Assembly: GCA_022646745.1 (NCBI GenBank)
Contig: CP060262.1
Location: 3,030,001 to 3,062,000 of the forward strand
DNA from: Planctomycetales bacterium
Lineage (GTDB): Bacteria > 4484-113 > JAFGCY01
Length of the DNA: 32,000 nucleotides
Reading direction: 5' to 3'
Within the stretch, counting starts at the first letter, position 1. Every line of letters starts with the position of its first letter. The translations under genes were made by a program, and so were the position numbers. The notes below the pieces were generated by a model. The model saw nothing but the letters and a program-made list of their open reading frames with translations. It searched no databases and was not told where the DNA came from. This document shows positions 14,864 to 21,495 of this stretch, piece after piece.

Positions 14864-15910
14864 TCAGCCCTTCTTGCTGATCTTCGCTCCATCCTTGCGC
14901 GGGTCGTAGTAGTCCTCCACTGCTTCGTCCATGCCGGGAAGGTCCTTCATCATTTCATTGATCTTCTCGGTCTGTTCCTGCATGTACTGCTCTTCGGTGA
15001 TCAGTTCGTAGTCATCCGGCACCACGAAGGTGCTGCCGTTATCCTCCCAGTTGAACAGGCTGTCGAGCTCCATGCTGGTGGTGATGCCCATCACGCTCAT
15101 GTCCATCGCCATCATGATATCCACTTCGTCGGAATACCACATCTCACCCTCGATGTTGCCAAGCATGGAAAGGATGCCGGTCAGCAGGCCGCCCAGCTCC
15201 TCCATGCCTTCCATGCCCTCCATGTCACCGGCGGCGGCACCGTCACCATTGGCGCCACCCATTTCCATCAGGCCGCTGAGGTCCGGCATGCCGGCCATGC
15301 CATCCATGCTGCCCAGCAGGGCCTGGGTGTCCATGATGAAGGAAATGCCCTTGACCGGGATTCCGTTGATCACCTTCCCCGGCAGCTCAATGACCTGCAT
15401 GCCCTCGGTTTCACGCAGCTGCTTGATCATCTGGTTGTAATCGCGGATCATGCGGTCCGGTGACATGTCGCCGATCGGGCCGTCACCGTTAAGGGTATCG
15501 CTACCCATGCCGTTCTCGAACATCACGGCACGCTTTTCGCCATGCAGCAGCTGGTAGGCGGTGTTTGACTCGTGGAACATGATGAAGCTCTCCACGAGGT
15601 CACCGGCCTTCAGCCCTTCCGTGGAACCGGCCTGGGCCATCTCAGGGTCGTAGAACATGTCAATGCGGCTGTGCCCGAGGTCCCAGTACACCTTGCCATG
15701 GGCCACCACCATGTCCTCCGGCAGCTCTGCGCCATCCGGCATGTCCGGTGCCTCCTCGCCGGGCGGCATGAACTGGCTGGCAAGGCCGGCCAGGCCAGCA
15801 GGGTCCATCGTGACCTTCATCGTGTAGTCGGCCTGATGTCCGGCGAATGCGGCACTGCTCATCACAATGAGCAGAAGCAGGGTGTAGACGAAATGACTCA
15901 GTCGCAGCAT
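14864..15910 (-). CDS. Secreted, acidic, extremely Met-rich hypothetical protein
   Basis: Signal peptide MLRLSHFVYTLLLLIVMSSAAFA and a strong GGAGG RBS 4 nt before the ATG. 37 Met in 348 aa by hand count, with runs MDGMAGM, MEGMEGM and IMMAMDMSVM. No Cys. Confidence 0.78.
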   Translation of the reverse strand: MLRLSHFVYTLLLLIVMSSAAFAGHQADYTMKVTMDPAGLAGLASQFMPPGEEAPDMPDGAELPEDMVVAHGKVYWDLGHSRIDMFYDPEMAQAGSTEGLKAGDLVESFIMFHESNTAYQLLHGEKRAVMFENGMGSDTLNGDGPIGDMSPDRMIRDYNQMIKQLRETEGMQVIELPGKVINGIPVKGISFIMDTQALLGSMDGMAGMPDLSGLMEMGGANGDGAAAGDMEGMEGMEELGGLLTGILSMLGNIEGEMWYSDEVDIMMAMDMSVMGITTSMELDSLFNWEDNGSTFVVPDDYELITEEQYMQEQTEKINEMMKDLPGMDEAVEDYYDPRKDGAKISKKG

Positions 15911-15914
15911 GTTT

Positions 15915-15996
15915 CCTCCGCTTGTCTTCCGGTCGCTGGATGCCAGCGCCAGGGTTCACTGCATACCTGAAGAATACAGCAAGGGACAGGCGGAGG
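15915..15996 (-). promoter_or_regulatory. Possible 5'-UTR structure that sequesters the Shine-Dalgarno of the Met-rich gene
   Basis: On the minus-strand RNA, CCUCCGC (complement of 15990-15996) can pair with the RBS GCGGAGG (complement of 15915-15921). After one mismatch the pairing extends by 4 bp. An inner hairpin cgctgg-atg-ccagcg lies at 15934-15948. Confidence 0.3.
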
Positions 15997-16002
15997 TTTC
16001 AC

Positions 16003-16911
16003 TCAGATGCTGCGCAGCATCACCCCGGCATCCTCGACATAGCTGATCACACCTCGCTGGCGGCTGCGGCCATGCATCACGCTGTCCTCGAGGGCGCTCA
16101 TCACCTCGATGCTGCTGCCCAGGTTCTCAACCGGGAACAGCAGCCACGACACCGTGGGCTGCACGATGATTTCCTGGTTGCCGGAACCCCAGTGGTGCGA
16201 ATGCAGCTTCTGGTGGATGTCCATTGCCAGTGCCTCACAGTCCTGCGCGCCAATCTCAGGCAGCAGCAGGGCGACCTGTGACCACTTGTAGCGGGCCACG
16301 ATGTCGGAGCGGCGCAGGCGGTCCTGGAAGAATTCCGCGATCTGCGGCAGCAGGTCGCTGGCAGTATTCTCCGTCAGCTGTCCGCCGGGTATCTCGAAAT
16401 CGATGTCAACCAGCAGCACGCCCACATCATTGTTGTAGCGGGTGGTGCGGTACATCTCCTCATCGAGGCGGCGCAGGAAGTACTTGCGGTTGTAGAGCCC
16501 GGTCAGGCGGTCGGTGATCGCCGTCTCCATGCTGCGCCGGCGGCGCTGGCCAAGCGTGTACAGCACCTGCAGGCGTGGTGCGATCTGGGCCGGATCAACC
16601 GGCAGGAAGGCGTAGTCAACATTGACGATCGAGCCATCTTCCGTGATGTGGTCCAGGTCGCTGGGACTGGACAGCAGGTAGAGCACCGGCGGGATATCCG
16701 CGGAGTCCATCCCGTCCAGCACGCCGAGCACACGTTCGCAGCTCATGGTGGCGCAGGTCAGGTCGATCACGAGTACCTGCAGTCGTGAGAGCACCTGCTC
16801 CATCGCACCGCGGGTCAGGTCATGGCCCCACTCGAATTCGAGCCCACCACTCTCACAGGCGGCATGCACGCCGTTGACAACATCATCATTGTTACTGAAG
16901 ACCAGAATCAT
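16003..16911 (-). CDS. Receiver-like domain + degenerate GGDEF domain protein (KWSQV replaces GG[DE]EF; RxxD I-site kept)
   Basis: DRLTGLYNRKYFLRRLDEE...VLLVDIDF...RRSDIVARYKWSQVALLLPE aligns with the PleD-type RxxD-x5-GGEEF region. The N-terminal ~120 aa are CheY-like (ILVFSNNDD, VLVIDL), and the conserved Lys appears to be missing. Confidence 0.8.
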   Translation of the reverse strand: MILVFSNNDDVVNGVHAACESGGLEFEWGHDLTRGAMEQVLSRLQVLVIDLTCATMSCERVLGVLDGMDSADIPPVLYLLSSPSDLDHITEDGSIVNVDYAFLPVDPAQIAPRLQVLYTLGQRRRRSMETAITDRLTGLYNRKYFLRRLDEEMYRTTRYNNDVGVLLVDIDFEIPGGQLTENTASDLLPQIAEFFQDRLRRSDIVARYKWSQVALLLPEIGAQDCEALAMDIHQKLHSHHWGSGNQEIIVQPTVSWLLFPVENLGSSIEVMSALEDSVMHGRSRQRGVISYVEDAGVMLRSI

Positions 16912-16941
16912 CCCGTTTTTCCAGTAGTGGTTTGATGATGG

Positions 16942-16950
16942 ATCATAACA
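16942..16950 (-). promoter_or_regulatory. Candidate extended -10 promoter element (TGTTATGAT on the minus strand) for the REC-GGDEF gene
   Basis: The complement of atcataaca reads TGnTATGAT, ending about 30 nt upstream of the ATG at 16911. The -35 is weak. Confidence 0.25.
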
Positions 16951-17007
16951 GCGCGCAAGGCCGTGGAACGGGATGAAACCGAATGTTTACCGCGATTGAA
17001 CGCTGCG

Positions 17008-17838
17008 CTATTCGGTGGGCCGGAGGATGCTGCGCATCAGCTCCAGCAGGTCGCGGCGGCTGGCAACGAGCAGGTCGTCGTCACCTGGTGTATAGGCTTC
17101 GCCACTGATCTGCTCGCAGATCCCGCCGGCCTCGGTGACCAGCAGGATGCCCGCGGCACTGTCCCAGCTGCGCAGCTTGAGCTCCCACATGCCGTCGAAG
17201 GTGCCGTCGGCAACGAGCGCGAGGTCAACCGCCGCACTGCCAAGCCGGCGGATCTTGTGGAAGTTGGTCTGCATGCGCACGAAGTTGTGGATGTTCTTCT
17301 GGCCGTCCGGGCCCTTGATGTCGTAGGGGAAGCCCGTTGCCAGCATTGCGTTGACAAGGTTGCCACCGGGCGGATGGTCGCGCACTGTCACGCCGACACC
17401 GTTGCAGGTCGTGCCCATGCCGCGGGCGGCGGACCAGGTATTGCGCAGCTCCGGGCTATGCACCACGCCGATCAGGGGCTGCAGGTGTTCGTCGGTCAGG
17501 GCGATGGAGACTGCCCAGATCTGCAGGCCACTGAGGAAGTTCGATGTGCCGTCCAGTGGATCGACCACCCAGTTGAGTTCCTGGCGCGGGGCCTGCGGGT
17601 CGTAGCTTTCCTCGCCGATGAAGCCGGCTTCCGGCAGCAGGGCAGCCAGCCGTTCGCGGATCAGGTCCTCGGCCCTGGTGTCAGCCTCGCTGACCATGTC
17701 GGCGGCACTGGTCTTGGTACGGATCTCCACGTCGTCCAGCCGGTTGAAGTAACCCTCCAGCAGTCGTCCTGCGTCAGCAGCGACGCGCGTCACGGAGGAA
17801 GTCAGGGTGTGGAGGTTCAGACCGGGCACAGGCCGCAC
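17008..17838 (-). CDS. Inositol monophosphatase family protein (SuhB/IMPase-like)
   Basis: Motifs GFIGEES, WVVDPLDGTSNF and WDSAAG. The ORF is open to GTG 17898, but that overlaps the upstream gene by 35 nt. Alignment with SuhB N-termini favours GTG 17838 (or 17829). Start uncertain. Confidence 0.85.
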   Translation of the reverse strand: MRPVPGLNLHTLTSSVTRVAADAGRLLEGYFNRLDDVEIRTKTSAADMVSEADTRAEDLIRERLAALLPEAGFIGEESYDPQAPRQELNWVVDPLDGTSNFLSGLQIWAVSIALTDEHLQPLIGVVHSPELRNTWSAARGMGTTCNGVGVTVRDHPPGGNLVNAMLATGFPYDIKGPDGQKNIHNFVRMQTNFHKIRRLGSAAVDLALVADGTFDGMWELKLRSWDSAAGILLVTEAGGICEQISGEAYTPGDDDLLVASRRDLLELMRSILRPTE

Positions 17839-17863
17839 TATAGCATCCGCCCTGTGAAGATAC

Positions 17864-19120
17864 TCAGAAGGGCAGCAGATTGTCGAGCCAGCCGCCACCG
17901 GTCTTCTTCGGCGGAGTGTTCAGGCAACCGAGCCAGGTGATGTCGGTCACGCCACTGAGCTGGATGCGGTTGATCGTCTTCTCCATCGGGTCCAGCGGCA
18001 CCACGAACAGCACCGGGTCGTTGTTGGACTCGGTGACGAACACAAGCGCATCATTGTTGGGTGAGACATCCCAGAAGGCGACCTTGAAACGGGCACTGAA
18101 CAGCACGCGGCTCTGGCCGGTTGCCAGGTTGATCAGGCGGAAGCGGTCCTCAGTGGTGGTGCTTTCACGGGCAATCACCTGCAGGCCCTGTCCCGGTTCC
18201 TTTTCGTTGGTCTCCAGGTCCAGCCACTTGAACTCCGGCTTGACGAGCACGAGGCCCGGAACCTGGTGGAAACTGTTGTCAGCGAAGGTATAGTAACCGA
18301 CGGAGGACTCCGCCCGGTTGCTGACGACTACCAGCACATGCTCGCCGTTCGGGCTGACCAGCACCTTGTCCGCACCGGGGAACTCGACGGTGTTGCTGGT
18401 GGTGCCGGCCTTCATGTCCAGCAGGGTCAGCACCGGGTAGCTGACGGTTGCCTGCTGATCGTTGATCCACATCTGCGGGTCCTTCTCCGGGCGCAGGCCG
18501 TACAGGTTGAAGCGGTTGCCTTCAGCCGGGATCTTGCCCTGCTCATCCTTCTTCAGGTTGAGGCCGATGATCTGGTTGACCTGGGCCGGTTCGTTCACGC
18601 AGTAGTAGACGACGTTCTCATCGTTGTTGTCAAACACGGCCTGGAAGTTCGAGTGCAGCGGGAACTCGGAGATCAGGTTCAGGTCACCCGCCTTCATGTT
18701 CAGGCTGACGGCGGCCTCGCGGGAGCTGGAGCCACTGGAACCGGGCACAGCGCTGGAGGGAGCGATGCCGACCACCCAGTCACCATTCAGTGAATTGGCA
18801 ACGATGCGGGCCGGGAAGTTCTTGGCATAGACTCCGATGCCGCCGTTGGCGGGGTTGATCAGGATCAGCGGCGACTTGACCTGGCTGACGCTGCCGGTCT
18901 CGGTCGAGATCTCCTTCACGAAGGTACCGATCACGCCGATCTGGAAGCTGTAGTCCATCGGGATGTACTGCGCGATCGCAGCCTTGCCGGACTGGACCTC
19001 CTCCAGGGAGGGGATCTTCGGCGGGTCAGGTTCGCCAGCCTGGTCATCCTGCGCAGGCACGACCGTGCTCGCAAGAATGAGCAGCATGAACGGCAGCAGT
19101 GCTCGGGAAAGGAATCTCAT
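17864..19120 (-). CDS. Secreted hypothetical protein, PD40/TolB-like beta-propeller repeats suspected
   Basis: ATG 19120 is preferred: GAGG lies 5 nt upstream, and it gives the signal peptide MRFLSRALLPFMLLILASTVVPAQD. The ORF-track start 19144 has no RBS and overlaps the upstream stop. Motifs VSPNGEHVLVVVSN and VSPNNDALVFVTES. Confidence 0.75.
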   Translation of the reverse strand: MRFLSRALLPFMLLILASTVVPAQDDQAGEPDPPKIPSLEEVQSGKAAIAQYIPMDYSFQIGVIGTFVKEISTETGSVSQVKSPLILINPANGGIGVYAKNFPARIVANSLNGDWVVGIAPSSAVPGSSGSSSREAAVSLNMKAGDLNLISEFPLHSNFQAVFDNNDENVVYYCVNEPAQVNQIIGLNLKKDEQGKIPAEGNRFNLYGLRPEKDPQMWINDQQATVSYPVLTLLDMKAGTTSNTVEFPGADKVLVSPNGEHVLVVVSNRAESSVGYYTFADNSFHQVPGLVLVKPEFKWLDLETNEKEPGQGLQVIARESTTTEDRFRLINLATGQSRVLFSARFKVAFWDVSPNNDALVFVTESNNDPVLFVVPLDPMEKTINRIQLSGVTDITWLGCLNTPPKKTGGGWLDNLLPF

Positions 19121-19133
19121 CAAAGCCTCAACC

Positions 19134-20732
19134 TCAGCTTTCATTATCGGTGTCGCGCATCATGAGGTTAATAACGTAACTGTACCCCACGACCTGGTTG
19201 CGGCCATTGCGCTTTGAGAAGAACAGGGCCGTGTCCGCGAACTCGATGAACTGGGCGAGGTTCGCGGGCTTGTGATCCAGGTAGCTCGACACGCCGATAG
19301 AGACGGTCACCTTGATGAAAACGTTTGTATTGCTGATGAAGAAACTGTTGTTCTCGACGAAGCGCCGGAGGCGGTTGGCCAGGATCTCAGCGTTCTTGTT
19401 GTGGGTCTCGGGCAGCACGACCACGAAACGTTCCCCGCTGTAGCGGGAGACGAAGTCTGTGCTGCGCACATTCTCCATGATGATCGCGCTGATTTCCTTC
19501 AGCAGCATGTCCCCGGTCTCGAAGCCGTAGGTCTCGTTCACGTCGCGGAAGTGGTCCACGTCCACGATCAGCAGGCAGAGCGGGACGTTATAGCGGCAGG
19601 CGCGGTCAAATTCGCGCTCCATCATCTTGTAGAACTGCCGTTCGTTGTACAGCCCGGTCAGGCTGTCCACCGTCTGCATCTCCTGGTTCTGCATCATCAG
19701 CAGGCCCTTCTTGATGTGCAGCATCAGGTGGTGGGCGAGGATCGAGAACAGCTTCAGGCGTCTGCGGTCTGTGATCGTCTCTTCCGGCGCGCTGATGCTG
19801 ACCAGGGCGAACAGGTCGTTATCAATGAATACCGGGAAAGTCTCGCAGGAACCGCAGCGTAACTCATCCGGGCAGTCGCCGTCGTACTTGAGCAGTTCCT
19901 TGCCCACGAGGGAAGTGGTTTCATTCTCGATTGATATGCTGCGGCTGTGGCGCCGTTCCCACTGGTTGCAGAGATTGCCGTATTCGCGCTTGATCTCGTC
20001 GTAATGCAACGGGCGCTGCACGACGATGTTTCCACGCTGGTCATCATCCAGTGAGTCGTGGATCACGAGCATCGCATCCATCGGCAGGAGTGCCGAGGTG
20101 ATCTCGCAGAAGCTTGCGAAGATATTGCGTGTATCCAGGCTGTGGTCGAGTTTCTCTACGAGGCGCAGCAGCGTGCCAAGCTCGTCATCGCTGAGGCTTG
20201 CGCCGGAAGGTTCCGGCCCGGCACCCCGGCGGGCACCGATGGCGTACTGGCCCAGCATCGCAAGCAACAGGTTGATATCCGTGCTGCTGCGGCTGAGGTT
20301 CTCATGCGCGGTGGGCATCATGTCACTGAGGCACAGCACCGCGGCGGTGAAGCCATGCGCGACTATCGGATAAACGGCAAAGCAGCCGGTGCGGTAGCGG
20401 GCCTGGGTTTCCTCAACCATGAAGGTCTCGGCAGCGACATCCGCCACGAGGATCGAATCCTGGTTCTGCAGGCTGCGGCTGACGATAGGGGCGTCACGCA
20501 GTCCGGGGGTTTCCTTCAGGGTGAATCCATGGGTGCTCATGCGGATCACGGCACCGGCCTTGTCCAGCTGGAGCAGGCTGACGCGGGGGCAGTCAAGCGC
20601 CTGCGAGATCAGTTCGAGCAGCTCGGCATCGGGGTCAGCCAGCAGGCCGGGATCAATGGCTGCAATACGCAGGCACAGTTCGCGGATTGCCTTGCCAGGA
20701 CTGACTTTCTTGGTTCGCGCAGGGCTGTTCAA
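19134..20732 (-). CDS. GAF-domain(s) + GGDEF-domain protein with non-canonical active site SGERF and intact RxxD I-site
   Basis: TTG start with GGAGG 7 nt upstream. C-terminal SLTGLYNERQFY...LLIVDVDHFRDVNETYGFETGD...RSTDFVSRYSGERFVVVLPET...SIGVS...ADTALFFSKRNGRNQVV. The N-terminal ~340 aa are GAF-like (inference). Confidence 0.85.
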   Translation of the reverse strand: MNSPARTKKVSPGKAIRELCLRIAAIDPGLLADPDAELLELISQALDCPRVSLLQLDKAGAVIRMSTHGFTLKETPGLRDAPIVSRSLQNQDSILVADVAAETFMVEETQARYRTGCFAVYPIVAHGFTAAVLCLSDMMPTAHENLSRSSTDINLLLAMLGQYAIGARRGAGPEPSGASLSDDELGTLLRLVEKLDHSLDTRNIFASFCEITSALLPMDAMLVIHDSLDDDQRGNIVVQRPLHYDEIKREYGNLCNQWERRHSRSISIENETTSLVGKELLKYDGDCPDELRCGSCETFPVFIDNDLFALVSISAPEETITDRRRLKLFSILAHHLMLHIKKGLLMMQNQEMQTVDSLTGLYNERQFYKMMEREFDRACRYNVPLCLLIVDVDHFRDVNETYGFETGDMLLKEISAIIMENVRSTDFVSRYSGERFVVVLPETHNKNAEILANRLRRFVENNSFFISNTNVFIKVTVSIGVSSYLDHKPANLAQFIEFADTALFFSKRNGRNQVVGYSYVINLMMRDTDNES

Positions 20733-20837
20733 TCAGGATCCTCCACCCCGGAATTTTTCCTGCGAGAGTGTAACACAGTTGGTACAGACTGGGCATTTCG
20801 CTGATTTGATGTCAAAAATTAATCAATCAAACTTCAA

Positions 20838-20866
20838 TTGCGGTGAGCCATTTAATTCTGTAAAAT
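20838..20866 (+). promoter_or_regulatory. Candidate sigma70 promoter (TTGCGG-17-TAAAAT) for the zinc-finger gene
   Basis: Read directly in the AT-rich spacer, about 50 nt upstream of ATG 20918. Confidence 0.3.
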
Positions 20867-20917
20867 TCTATAAGCAGTGAGGACACGCTGCGCATCCAGC
20901 TTTGCAGGTGGTTGTGT

Positions 20918-21472
20918 ATGGGAAAGGAAGAGATGTTCGTAACCCGGCAGTGCAGGTACTGCAACGGGACAGGTGTCCGGATGGTCGAGACCAGCTCACT
21001 GTTCGGACTGATCCGCAAACAGGTTCCCCTCTCATGCGAAATGTGCGCTGGAGCAGGATCCACCTTCCAGGCACCCAGCTGCAAACATTGTGATGGCCAG
21101 GGCCTGATCGGCAATGAGCGCGAGGTCTGCCGTACCTGCAATGGCGTTGGCCACTGGGATGCCTTCGCCTATATCCCCCGAGACCACCTGCATGTCGGTA
21201 CCCTGTTTGACCGCCGTTGCGACCAGTGCGACCACAACCGGATGGAAATCGCGTCCGAAATTGAGGAATACAAGCAAGTCCTGTCCTGGGAGAAGGAAGA
21301 GGAACTGCGCAGTGTCGAACATGCCGAGCGGGTCAAGGTACGCTGCCCTAGCTGCAGCCACAGTTATTACATCAAGCTGGATGCGGATTCACACGGAGAC
21401 CTGACGCCGGACATGGTCGAAGCGCTCGAGAAGCTCGGCATCGACCTGAGCTACATGTACCAGGCGCGTTAA
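20918..21472 (+). CDS. Stand-alone DnaJ-type cysteine-rich zinc-finger protein (4x CxxCxGxG) with an extra CxxC...CxxC pair
   Basis: CRYCNGTG, CEMCAGAG, CKHCDGQG and CRTCNGVG, then CDQC ... CPSC. No J domain. The start could be ATG 20918 or ATG 20933. Confidence 0.75.
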   Translation: MGKEEMFVTRQCRYCNGTGVRMVETSSLFGLIRKQVPLSCEMCAGAGSTFQAPSCKHCDGQGLIGNEREVCRTCNGVGHWDAFAYIPRDHLHVGTLFDRRCDQCDHNRMEIASEIEEYKQVLSWEKEEELRSVEHAERVKVRCPSCSHSYYIKLDADSHGDLTPDMVEALEKLGIDLSYMYQAR

Positions 21473-21495
21473 CAATCCATCCGCCTGGTTTGTGA

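Noticed and set aside
13817-15910. The two abutting convergent genes are both exactly 348 aa, suggesting a giant inverted duplication
   Set aside because: The two protein sequences show no similarity by eye, so the equal length is coincidence.
17839-17898. N-terminal 20-codon extension of the IMPase ORF (GTG 17898)
   Set aside because: It overlaps the 3' end of the upstream gene by 35 nt and has non-protein-like sequence (AAGSTICCPSEYLH). SuhB alignment starts near TLTSSV, so a later GTG is more likely, though this is not certain.
16003-20732. Calling the two GGDEF proteins active diguanylate cyclases
   Set aside because: The active-site motifs read KWSQV and SGERF instead of GG[DE]EF, so I annotate them only as GGDEF-domain proteins with probable receptor function.
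20809-20880. 23-codon mini-ORF (MSKINQSNFNCGEPFNSVKFYKQ) in the AT-rich spacer upstream of the zinc-finger gene
   Set aside because: It has no RBS and its Asn/Lys/Ser-rich composition simply mirrors the AT-richness. It overlaps the best promoter candidate, so there is no support beyond an open frame.
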